Assembly (NCBI RefSeq): GCF_003790525.1
Contig: NZ_CP033635.1
Direction: 5' to 3' (one strand)
DNA: 64,000 nucleotides
Source of the DNA: Escherichia coli
GTDB taxonomy: Bacteria; Pseudomonadota; Gammaproteobacteria; Enterobacterales; Enterobacteriaceae
Shown: positions 21,247-31,426 of the stretch, in pieces
Layout: every line of letters begins with the position of its first letter
How positions within the stretch are numbered: the stretch's first letter is position 1
The notes under the pieces: model-generated
The model's database searches: none
Told to the model about the DNA's origin: nothing
What the model saw: the letters and a program-made list of their open reading frames with translations, nothing else
Program-made: the position numbers and the translations under genes

Positions 21247-22585
21247 CATAAGCGCTAACTTAAGGGTTGTGGTATTACGCCTGATATGATTTAACGTGCC
21301 GATGAATTACTCTCACGATAACTGGTCAGCAATTCTGGCCCATATTGGTAAGCCCGAAGAACTGGATACTTCGGCACGTAATGCCGGGGCTCTAACCCGC
21401 CGCCGCGAAATTCGTGATGCTGCAACTCTGCTACGTCTGGGGCTGGCTTACGGCCCCGGGGGGATGTCATTACGTGAAGTCACTGCATGGGCTCAGCTCC
21501 ATGACGTTGCAACATTATCTGACGTGGCTCTCCTGAAGCGGCTGCGGAATGCCGCCGACTGGTTTGGCATACTTGCCGCACAAACACTTGCTGTACGCGC
21601 CGCAGTTACGGGTTGTACAAGCGGAAAGAGATTGCGTCTTGTCGATGGAACAGCAATCAGTGCGCCCGGGGGCGGCAGCGCTGAATGGCGACTACATATG
21701 GGATATGATCCTCATACCTGTCAGTTCACTGATTTTGAGCTAACCGACAGCAGAGACGCTGAACGGCTGGACCGATTTGCGCAAACGGCAGACGAGATAC
21801 GCATTGCTGACCGGGGATTCGGTTCGCGTCCCGAATGTATCCGCTCACTTGCTTTTGGAGAAGCTGATTATATCGTCCGGGTTCACTGGCGAGGATTGCG
21901 CTGGTTAACTGCAGAAGGAATGCGCTTTGACATGATGGGTTTTCTGCGCGGGCTGGATTGCGGTAAGAACGGTGAAACCACTGTAATGATAGGCAATTCA
22001 GGTAATAAAAAAGCCGGAGCTCCCTTTCCGGCACGTCTCATTGCCGTATCACTTCCTCCCGAAAAAGCATTAATCAGTAAAACCCGACTGCTCAGCGAGA
22101 ATCGTCGAAAAGGACGAGTAGTTCAGGCGGAAACGCTGGAAGCAGCGGGCCATGTGCTATTGCTAACATCATTACCGGAAGATGAATATTCAGCAGAGCA
22201 AGTGGCTGATTGTTACCGTCTGCGATGGCAAATTGAACTGGCTTTTAAGCGGCTCAAAAGTTTGCTGCACCTGGATGCTTTGCGTGCAAAGGAACCTGAA
22301 CTCGCGAAAGCGTGGATATTTGCTAATCTACTCGCCGCATTTTTAATTGACGACATAATCCAGCCATCGCTGGATTTCCCCCCCAGAAGTGCCGGATCCG
22401 AAAAGAAGAACTAACTCGTTGTGGAGAATAACAAAAATGGTCATCTGGAGCTTACAGGTGGCCATTCGTGGGACAGTATCCCTGACAGCCTACAAAACGC
22501 AATTGAAGAACGCGAGGCATCGTCTTAACGAGGCACCGAGGCGTCGCATTCTTCAGATGGTTCAACCCTTAAGTTAGCGCTTATG
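21247..22585 (+). mobile_element. IS186 insertion sequence (about 1339 bp)
   Basis: 23-bp terminal inverted repeats CATAAGCGCTAACTTAAGGGTTG (21247-21269) and its reverse complement (22563-22585); encodes IS186-type transposase; flanked by a duplicated GGGTAAAACC-type target. Confidence 0.9.
21302..22414 (+). CDS. insL: IS186 transposase (IS4 family)
   Basis: 370 aa from ATG 21302 (MNYSHDNWSAILAHIGKPEEL...); the ORF track starts two codons earlier at a GTG. Confidence 0.9.
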   Translation: MNYSHDNWSAILAHIGKPEELDTSARNAGALTRRREIRDAATLLRLGLAYGPGGMSLREVTAWAQLHDVATLSDVALLKRLRNAADWFGILAAQTLAVRAAVTGCTSGKRLRLVDGTAISAPGGGSAEWRLHMGYDPHTCQFTDFELTDSRDAERLDRFAQTADEIRIADRGFGSRPECIRSLAFGEADYIVRVHWRGLRWLTAEGMRFDMMGFLRGLDCGKNGETTVMIGNSGNKKAGAPFPARLIAVSLPPEKALISKTRLLSENRRKGRVVQAETLEAAGHVLLLTSLPEDEYSAEQVADCYRLRWQIELAFKRLKSLLHLDALRAKEPELAKAWIFANLLAAFLIDDIIQPSLDFPPRSAGSEKKN

Positions 22586-22768
22586 GGGTAAAACCCCGCG
22601 TACTGAATTGTGATGGTTTGGTCTCCTGCACCCTTTTTTAATTTATATTGTTTATGTGAATATTATGCCTATGTTTATTATTCATATATATTACGGATGA
22701 AAATTATTTGATTATTCATAATGTAAATATTTTATTGAACGATATATATCACAGATAATTTTTAATAT

Positions 22769-25468
22769 ATGCGTAAATATCCTTTAAGTTTACTGAAGGA
22801 TAAAAATATTGTGACTTTTTTTGATTTCTGGGGAAAAACCCGACGCGGCGAGAAAGACGGGGGCGACGACTATCACCTTCTTTGCTGGCATTCGCTGGAT
22901 GTAGCCGCGATGGGCTATTTAATGGTTAAAAGCAATTGCTTCGGACTGGCTGACTATTTTCGTCAATTAGGTTTCGCTGACACGGAGCAGGCAGCACAAT
23001 TTTTCGCCTGGCTGCTGTGCTGGCACGATATTGGAAAATTTGCCCGCTCTTTTCAGCAACTTTACCTGCACCCACAACTCAAGGTCCCGGAAGGCGCAAG
23101 AAAGAATTACGAAAAGATCTCTCATTCAACGCTGGGCTACTGGTTGTGGAACCATTATTTAAGTGAATGTCAGGAGTTGCTTCCTTCATCTTCACTCTCT
23201 CCGCGCAAACTTAAACGGGTGATGGAGATGTGGATGCCCATGACTACCGGGCATCATGGTCGACCCCCTGAGCGTATGGATGAACTGGATAATTTTCTGC
23301 CTGAAGACAAAGGTGCCGCACGAGATTTTCTCCTTGCAATCAAGGTACTGTTTCCGCTCATAGAGATCCCCACATTCTGGGATGATGACGAGGGCGTTGA
23401 ACTTATAAAACAACTTTCCTGGTATATCTCTGCAACCGTCGTACTTGCAGACTGGACGGGATCGTCAACGCGATATTTTCCACGCGTCGCACAGACAATG
23501 GATATTGAAGATTACTGGCAGAAAACTTTAGTTCAGGCTCAAAACGCCTTAACCGTCTTTCCTCCAAAAGCAGAAAGCGCGCCTTTCACCGGAATTAATA
23601 CGCTGTTTCCTTTTATTGAGAATCCGACACCGCTACAGCAAAAGGTGCTGGATCTGGATATCAGCCAGCCGGGACCACAGTTATTTATTCTGGAGGATGT
23701 AACCGGCGCAGGTAAAACAGAAGCGGCGCTTATCCTGGCGCACAGGTTGATGGCTGCGGGGAAAGCGCAGGGTTTGTTTTTTGGCCTGCCAACAATGGCA
23801 ACGGCCAATGCCATGTACGATCGACTGGTCAAAACCTGGCTTGCTTTCTATTCGCCAGAGTCCCGCCCCAGCCTGGTGCTGGCACACAGTGCCCGAACAT
23901 TAATGGACCGCTTTAATGAATCACTCTGGTCCGGTGATTTAGTCGGGTCAGAAGAACCGGATGAACAAACGTTCAGTCAGGGATGTGCGGCCTGGTTTGC
24001 CGACAGTAACAAGAAGGCGCTACTGGCTGAAATTGGCGTCGGCACGCTGGATCAGGCGATGATGGCTGTGATGCCGTTCAAACATAATAATCTGCGGCTT
24101 CTGGGACTGAGTAACAAAATCCTGCTGGCTGATGAGATCCATGCCTGTGACGCTTACATGTCATGCATTCTTGAAGGGCTGATCGAGCGGCAGGCGCGTG
24201 GCGGAAACAGCGTCATTTTGCTTTCTGCCACGTTATCTCAACAGCAGCGCGACAAACTCGTTGCTGCCTTTGCGCGTGGTATAGAGGGCCAGCAAGAAGC
24301 TCCGTTCCTGGAAAAGGATGATTACCCCTGGCTGACGCACGTTACGAAATCCGATGTGCATTCACACCGGGTAGCGACGCGCAAAGACGTTGAGCGCAGC
24401 GTGAGTGTGGGTTGGCTTCATAGCGAACAAGAGTGTATTGCGCGTATCGCATCGGCGGTAAGTCAGGGGAAATGTATCGCCTGGATCCGAAATTCTGTCG
24501 ATGACGCCATCCAGGTTCATCGTCAGTTACTTGCCCGCGGCGTCATTCCTGCTTCCAGCCTTTCACTTTTTCATAGCCGCTTTGCTTTTAGCGATCGCCA
24601 GCGAATTGAAACGGAGACGCTGGCACGCTTTGGTAAAGAAGACTGTTCACAGCGTGCCGGAAAAGTCCTCATTTGTACTCAAGTCCTGGAGCAGAGCGTT
24701 GACTGCGACCTGGACGAAATGATTTCCGACCTTGCCCCTGTTGATTTACTGATCCAGCGAGCAGGGCGATTACAGCGACATATCCGCGATATGAATGGCC
24801 AGTTAAAGCGTGACGGTAAAGACGAGCGTCACCCTCCTGAATTGCTGATTCTGGCCCCCGTCTGGGACGACTCTCCGGGTGACGAATGGTTTGGCAGTGC
24901 CATGCGTAACAGTGCATTTGTCTATCCCGATCATGGGCGAATCTGGCTGACGCAGCGTGTGCTGCGTGAGCAAGGTGCTATTCAGATGCCACACTCAGCC
25001 CGGCTTCTGATTGAATCAGTCTACGGTGAGGACGTAGTAATGCCGGAAGGGTTTGCCCGCAGCGAGCAGGAGCAAGTGGGCAAATATTACTGCGATCGCG
25101 CAATGGCTAAAAAGTTTGTACTGAACTTCAGGCCCGGCTATGCCGCCAATATCAACGATTACCTCCCGGAAAAACTGTCGACACGTCTGGCTGAAGAGTC
25201 TGTTTCCCTGTGGCTGGCTACCTGTATTGACGGTGTGGTGAAGCCTTATGCCACAGGTGCACACGCATGGGAAATGAGCGTTGTCAGAGTGCGCCGAAGC
25301 TGGTGGAAAAAACATCGGGATGAGTTTTCTTTACTGGAAGGGGATGCGTTCAGGCAGTGGTGCGTTGAACAGCGGCATGATCCGGAGATGGCAAACGTGA
25401 TTTTAGTCACCGATGACGAAAGTTGTGGGTATTCGGCTACGGAGGGATTGATTGGCAAGGTTGGTTGA
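22769..25468 (+). CDS. cas3: Cas3 helicase-nuclease (type I-E)
   Basis: 899 aa; N-terminal HD region and superfamily-2 helicase motifs (GAGKTEAA, DEIH); first gene of the cas cluster. Confidence 0.9.
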   Translation: MRKYPLSLLKDKNIVTFFDFWGKTRRGEKDGGDDYHLLCWHSLDVAAMGYLMVKSNCFGLADYFRQLGFADTEQAAQFFAWLLCWHDIGKFARSFQQLYLHPQLKVPEGARKNYEKISHSTLGYWLWNHYLSECQELLPSSSLSPRKLKRVMEMWMPMTTGHHGRPPERMDELDNFLPEDKGAARDFLLAIKVLFPLIEIPTFWDDDEGVELIKQLSWYISATVVLADWTGSSTRYFPRVAQTMDIEDYWQKTLVQAQNALTVFPPKAESAPFTGINTLFPFIENPTPLQQKVLDLDISQPGPQLFILEDVTGAGKTEAALILAHRLMAAGKAQGLFFGLPTMATANAMYDRLVKTWLAFYSPESRPSLVLAHSARTLMDRFNESLWSGDLVGSEEPDEQTFSQGCAAWFADSNKKALLAEIGVGTLDQAMMAVMPFKHNNLRLLGLSNKILLADEIHACDAYMSCILEGLIERQARGGNSVILLSATLSQQQRDKLVAAFARGIEGQQEAPFLEKDDYPWLTHVTKSDVHSHRVATRKDVERSVSVGWLHSEQECIARIASAVSQGKCIAWIRNSVDDAIQVHRQLLARGVIPASSLSLFHSRFAFSDRQRIETETLARFGKEDCSQRAGKVLICTQVLEQSVDCDLDEMISDLAPVDLLIQRAGRLQRHIRDMNGQLKRDGKDERHPPELLILAPVWDDSPGDEWFGSAMRNSAFVYPDHGRIWLTQRVLREQGAIQMPHSARLLIESVYGEDVVMPEGFARSEQEQVGKYYCDRAMAKKFVLNFRPGYAANINDYLPEKLSTRLAEESVSLWLATCIDGVVKPYATGAHAWEMSVVRVRRSWWKKHRDEFSLLEGDAFRQWCVEQRHDPEMANVILVTDDESCGYSATEGLIGKVG

Positions 25469-25565
25469 GATGTCTGCGACAGGATTCTCTGAATAGTTGA
25501 TACACAAAAAAGGATGGAAGGATGGACAACCGACCAGGGATGGTCTTTTTTACGAGAGGATGCGT

Positions 25566-27128
25566 ATGAACTCGTTTTCACTTCTGACAACCCCGTGGTT
25601 GCCTGTTCGTTTCAAAGACGGAACGACAGGCAAGCTGGCACCAGTCGATCTGGCTGATGAAAATGTTGTCGATATCGCCGCACCGCGAGCAGATTTACAA
25701 GGTGCGGCCTGGCAGTTTTTGCTGGGACTACTACAAACCAGCTTCGCGCCAAAAGATCATCGTCGTTGGGATGATATCTGGGAAGACGGACTGGAAGCTG
25801 AAAAGCTACGAGAAGCATTGCTGTCTTTAGAACATGCTTTCCAGTTTGGGCCTGATTCATCTTCATTTATGCAGGATTTTGAGGCGCTCACGGGAGATAA
25901 AGTTCCGGTCGCTTCGCTACTGCCTGAGATTCCCGGCTCTCAAACGACGAAGTTTAATAAAGACCATTTTATCAAGCGGGGTGTAACGGAATATCTGTGC
26001 CCCCATTGCTTAGCATTGGCCTTGTTCTCTTTACAGTTGAATGCACCCGCGGGCGGCAAAGGCTATCGCACCGGTTTACGAGGCGGTGGGCCGATGACGA
26101 CTCTCATTGAATTACAGGAATATCAGGGCAATCAACAAACACCCTTGTGGCGCAAACTGTGGCTCAACGTGATGCCGCAGGATGAAGCCGACTTACCGCT
26201 ACCCAAAAAATTTGACGATCTGATTTTCCCCTGGCTAGGCCCGACGCGTACCAGCGAACTGGTCGGTGCGGTGGTAACCCATGATCAGGTCAATAAACTC
26301 CAGGCGTACTGGGGAATGCCGCGGCGTATACGTATTGATTTTAATACCACGACAGTCGGCAACTGCGATATTTGCGACGAGCAGAACGACGCGCTCCTGA
26401 GCCTGATGACGACCAAAAATTATGGTGCCAATTATGCCATGTGGCAGCATCCCTTAACGCCTTACCGTGTACCACTTAAAGAGGGTGGCGAGTTTTACTC
26501 CGTTAAACCACAACCGGGCGGTTTAATCTGGCGCGACTGGTTAGGCCTTATCGAAACGGGTAAATCAGAAAACAATACGGAACTTCCCGCGTTGGTGGTG
26601 AAACTCTTTAATGCCAGCAGTCTGAAACAGGCAAAAGTGGGCCTATGGGGATTTGGTTATGATTTTGACAACATGAAAGCGCGCTGTTGGTACGAACACC
26701 ATTTCCCGCTACTGCTCAATAAAAAAGAAGGCCAGATACCGAAGCTGCGGCTGGCTGCGCAAACGGCTTCACGGATTCTGAGTCTGTTACGGAGTGCATT
26801 GAAAGAAGCATGGTTCTCCGATCCAAAAGGTGCAAGGGGTGATTTCAGTTTTGTGGATATCGACTTCTGGAACAAAACTCAGCATCGCTTCCTGAGGTTA
26901 GTGCGCCAAATTGAAGAAGGTCAGGATGCGGATGAATTACTCGGCAAATGGCAAAAGGAAATGTGGTTATTCGCGCGTCAGGATTTTGACGAGCGTGTAT
27001 TCACTAATCCTTATGAGCCCGTTGATTTGAAACGCGTCATGACCGCGCGCAAGAAATATTTTACAACATCGGCGGAGAAGCAAAGTGCTAAAGCCGCCAG
27101 GGAGAAAAAGCAGGAGGCTGCTGAATGA
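25566..27128 (+). CDS. casA: Cascade large subunit Cse1 (CasA)
   Basis: Start taken at ATG 25566 (MNSFSLLTTPWLPVR) with GAGAGG upstream; the ORF track begins at a TTG at 25497; position right after cas3. Confidence 0.8.
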   Translation: MNSFSLLTTPWLPVRFKDGTTGKLAPVDLADENVVDIAAPRADLQGAAWQFLLGLLQTSFAPKDHRRWDDIWEDGLEAEKLREALLSLEHAFQFGPDSSSFMQDFEALTGDKVPVASLLPEIPGSQTTKFNKDHFIKRGVTEYLCPHCLALALFSLQLNAPAGGKGYRTGLRGGGPMTTLIELQEYQGNQQTPLWRKLWLNVMPQDEADLPLPKKFDDLIFPWLGPTRTSELVGAVVTHDQVNKLQAYWGMPRRIRIDFNTTTVGNCDICDEQNDALLSLMTTKNYGANYAMWQHPLTPYRVPLKEGGEFYSVKPQPGGLIWRDWLGLIETGKSENNTELPALVVKLFNASSLKQAKVGLWGFGYDFDNMKARCWYEHHFPLLLNKKEGQIPKLRLAAQTASRILSLLRSALKEAWFSDPKGARGDFSFVDIDFWNKTQHRFLRLVRQIEEGQDADELLGKWQKEMWLFARQDFDERVFTNPYEPVDLKRVMTARKKYFTTSAEKQSAKAAREKKQEAAE

Positions 27129-27661
27129 GTATTGTAAAAGAGGAGCACAAAGCCACGCTGCGTAAATGGCACGAAGAGTTGCAGGAAAAACGCGGCAATC
27201 GTGCCAGTCTGCGGCGTAGCACAACGGTTAATGATGTTTGTCTGTCAGAAGGTTTTCGTTCTCTGCTGATGCAGACCCACACGTTGTGGAAAATTGAATC
27301 ACAGGAGTGGCGTTTTACCGCACTGGCGCTGGTTGCCGCCGTTGCCGCCAATGTAAAAGCCATTGATGAACGGCAGCCTTTTGCCGCGCAGTTGGCGGCG
27401 GTAATGTCTGAGGGGCGTTTTACTCGCCTGTCGGCAATCAAAACGCCGGATGATTTACTGCGCCAGTTACGTCGCGCGGTCAAATTATTAAACGGTTCCG
27501 TCAATCTTATCTCTTTGGCAGACGATATTTTCCGCTGGTGCCAGGAGAGTGACGACCTGCTCAACCATCACCGCCGTCAGCAGCGGCCAACAGAATTTAT
27601 CCGTATCCGCTGGGCGCTGGAATATTACCAGGCTGGCGACGCCGATAACGAACAAAATTAA
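27125..27661 (+). CDS. casB: Cascade small subunit Cse2 (CasB)
   Basis: 178 aa; ATG overlaps the cse1 stop (ATGA); position in the operon. Confidence 0.8.
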   Translation: MSIVKEEHKATLRKWHEELQEKRGNRASLRRSTTVNDVCLSEGFRSLLMQTHTLWKIESQEWRFTALALVAAVAANVKAIDERQPFAAQLAAVMSEGRFTRLSAIKTPDDLLRQLRRAVKLLNGSVNLISLADDIFRWCQESDDLLNHHRRQQRPTEFIRIRWALEYYQAGDADNEQN

Positions 27662-27675
27662 TAAAGGACTATCTC

Positions 27676-28731
27676 ATGACGACATTTATTCAGCTTCATT
27701 TGTTAACCGCTTACCCTGCAGCCAACCTTAACCGTGATGACACCGGTGCGCCGAAAACCGTGGTGCTGGGTGGAGCAACGCGTCTGCGCGTTTCCTCGCA
27801 AAGTCTGAAACGTGCGTGGCGCACTTCTGCACTTTTTGAACAGGCGCTGGCGGGCCATATTGGTATTCGTAGTGGGCGTATCGCGCGCGAGGCAGCAACT
27901 ATCATGATAGAGAAAGGAATCGAAGAAAAAAAAGCCATCGAATGGGCGGCAGATATTGCCGATTATCTTGGTAAAGCCAAAAAAGACAAAAAACCAAAAG
28001 ATCCGCTCACTAACGCTGAAACTGAACAGCTCGTCCATATCAGCCCGGCAGAATTTGACGCCGTAAAAGCGCTGGCCCATCAACTGGCAGAAGAAAAGCG
28101 CGCGCCAAAAGAGGACGATCTCGCTTTGTTACGTAAAGATCGTATGGCGGTAGATATCGCCATGTTTGGTCGTATGCTGGCGAATAAACCCGAGTTTAAT
28201 GTTGAAGCCGCCTGTCAGGTCGCGCACGCGTTTGGTGTCAGTGAAACGATTGTCGAAGATGATTTTTTCACCGCCGTTGATGATTTGCGCCAGGCCTCTG
28301 AAGATGCTGGTGCAGGGCATCTTGGTGAAACTGGATTTGGTTCTGCGCTGTTCTACACCTATATCTGCATTGATAAAGATCTGCTGGTCGAAAACCTCGG
28401 CGGTGACGAAGCATTAGCTAATCAGACCCTGCGCGCCTTTACGGAAGCAGCGTTTAAAGTTTCCCCAACCGGTAAACAAAACAGCTTTGCCAGCCGTGCC
28501 TACGCCTCCTGGGCGCTGGCAGAAAAAGGCACCGAACAACCGCGTTCTCTGGCGGCGGCTTTCTATGAACCCATTAATGGCACACGTCAGTTAGATGTGG
28601 CGGTGCAGCGTATTACAACGCTTCGCGAAAACATGAATACGGTTTACGAACAGAAGACCGAATGCGCAAGTTTTGACGTGATGAACAAACAGGGAAGCAT
28701 GAAGGACGTGCTGGACTTTATCTGCGCGTAA
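27676..28731 (+). CDS. casC: Cascade backbone subunit Cas7e (CasC)
   Basis: 351 aa; position and size in the I-E operon. Confidence 0.85.
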   Translation: MTTFIQLHLLTAYPAANLNRDDTGAPKTVVLGGATRLRVSSQSLKRAWRTSALFEQALAGHIGIRSGRIAREAATIMIEKGIEEKKAIEWAADIADYLGKAKKDKKPKDPLTNAETEQLVHISPAEFDAVKALAHQLAEEKRAPKEDDLALLRKDRMAVDIAMFGRMLANKPEFNVEAACQVAHAFGVSETIVEDDFFTAVDDLRQASEDAGAGHLGETGFGSALFYTYICIDKDLLVENLGGDEALANQTLRAFTEAAFKVSPTGKQNSFASRAYASWALAEKGTEQPRSLAAAFYEPINGTRQLDVAVQRITTLRENMNTVYEQKTECASFDVMNKQGSMKDVLDFICA

Positions 28732-28741
28732 GGGGCGGCTT

Positions 28742-29488
28742 ATGAGCCAATATCTGATTTTTCAGCTTCATGGGCCAATGGCATCCTGGGGCGTTGATGC
28801 ACCCGGTGAGGTGCGTCATAGCCATGAACTGCCTTCGCGTTCAGCATTGCTGGGGCTGCTGGCTGCCGGGGTAGGGATACGGCGTGATGACACCGAATGC
28901 TTAAACGCGTTTAATCGCCACTATTCACTGGTGGTTTGCGCCAGCCGTAACCCGCGCTGGGCACGGGATTATCACACGGTCCAGATGCCAAAAGAGGTGC
29001 GTAAAGCGCGTTATTTCAGCCGTCGCGAAGAGTTGAGCGACCCTGATCTTCTAAGCGCGATTATCTCCCGGCGCGACTACTACACCGATGCCTGGTGGAT
29101 GGTGGCCGTGGCAACAACAGCTGATGCGCCTTACAGCCTCGAACAGTTGCAGGAAGGTTTACGCCATCCGGTTTTTCCGCTTTATCTGGGGCGAAAAAGC
29201 CATCCGCTGGCATTACCCCTTGCGCCGTTACTGCTCGAAGGCAACGCGTCTGATGCCTTACGTAACGCATACCAACAGTATCAGGATCGTTTCCACGAAC
29301 TAAAAGTCTCACTCCCGAAACTTCAGGATGAATGCTGGTGGGAAGGGGAGCACGATGGCCTGGTCTCGAGCAAAATATTACGCCGCCGGGATGTTCCTTT
29401 AAATCGTCAGCAGTGGCTGTTTGGGGAACGCACCGTCAATCAGGGGCCGTGGCTCAGCAAGGAGGAACCATGTACCTCTCAAGAATAA
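28742..29488 (+). CDS. casD: Cascade subunit Cas5e (CasD)
   Basis: 248 aa; position in the operon. Confidence 0.85.
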   Translation: MSQYLIFQLHGPMASWGVDAPGEVRHSHELPSRSALLGLLAAGVGIRRDDTECLNAFNRHYSLVVCASRNPRWARDYHTVQMPKEVRKARYFSRREELSDPDLLSAIISRRDYYTDAWWMVAVATTADAPYSLEQLQEGLRHPVFPLYLGRKSHPLALPLAPLLLEGNASDALRNAYQQYQDRFHELKVSLPKLQDECWWEGEHDGLVSSKILRRRDVPLNRQQWLFGERTVNQGPWLSKEEPCTSQE

Positions 29489-30116
29489 CCTTACATACCG
29501 GCCAGCTTTCGCCTGCGCAGTTGCTGCATCTGGTGGATCGCGGGGAATATGTGATGCATCAGTGGCTGTGGGATCTTTTTCCTGGCGGCAAAGAAAGGCA
29601 ATTTCTTTATCGTCGGGAAGAACTCCAGGGCGCGTTTCGCTTTTTTGTCCTGTCGCAGGAACGCCCGGCGGAAAGTGAAACGTTCACCATCGAATGCCGG
29701 TCATTTGCGCCTGAACTGCATACCGGACAATCCCTTTGTTTCAACCTGCGGGCGAATCCAACAGTCTGTAAAGCGGGTAAGCGCCACGATCTGCTGATGG
29801 AGGCGAAACGGCAGGTGAGGGGGCAGGCGGAAGGAAGAAATGTCTGGTTGCATCAACAACAGGCGGCGCTGGACTGGCTGGCAGCGCAGGGGGAGAGAAG
29901 CGGTTTTACACTGCTGGATACCTCGGTCGATGCCTACCGACAACAGCAACTGCGGCGGGAAAACTCCCGGCAACTGATCCAGTTCAGTAGCGTGGATTAT
30001 ACAGGGATGCTTACAGTCACCGATCCAGGGTTATTTCTGCAACGTCTCTGCCTGGGGTATGGCAAAAGCCGGGCGTTCGGCTGTGGTCTGATGTTAATCA
30101 AACCCGGAGCAGAGGC

Positions 30117-30120
<4 letters not shown>
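29470..30120 (+). CDS. casE: crRNA endoribonuclease Cas6e (CasE)
   Basis: Start taken at MYLSRITLHTG with GGAGGA at 29461-29466; overlaps the casD 3' end by 19 bp. Confidence 0.85.
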
Positions 30121-31330
<1,210 letters not shown>

Positions 31331-31426
31331 GTTACCCGTTCTTTAAAAATAAGGAAAAGTTTGAATTTAGTTGGTAGATTGTTGTTGTGGAATAAAATTG
31401 TTTAAAAACAGATACGTATGCTTAGT
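31331..31426 (+). promoter_or_regulatory. CRISPR leader (AT-rich) between cas2 and the first repeat
   Basis: 96-bp AT-rich segment immediately 5' of repeat 1, on the same side as cas1-cas2. Confidence 0.6.

Noticed and set aside
20676-21249. Minus-strand ORFs of 152 and 81 aa overlapping the cysH 3' end and the hok region
   Set aside because: They overlap the well-supported cysH and hok frames on the opposite strand and end at the IS boundary; no start context.
22389-22577. 62-aa ORF at the right end of IS186
   Set aside because: Lies within the IS terminal region and crosses the inverted repeat; no independent evidence; more likely chance.
25246-25590. 114-aa minus-strand ORF spanning the cas3-cse1 junction
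   Set aside because: Overlaps the 3' end of cas3 and the start of cse1 on the opposite strand; incompatible with the tightly packed operon.
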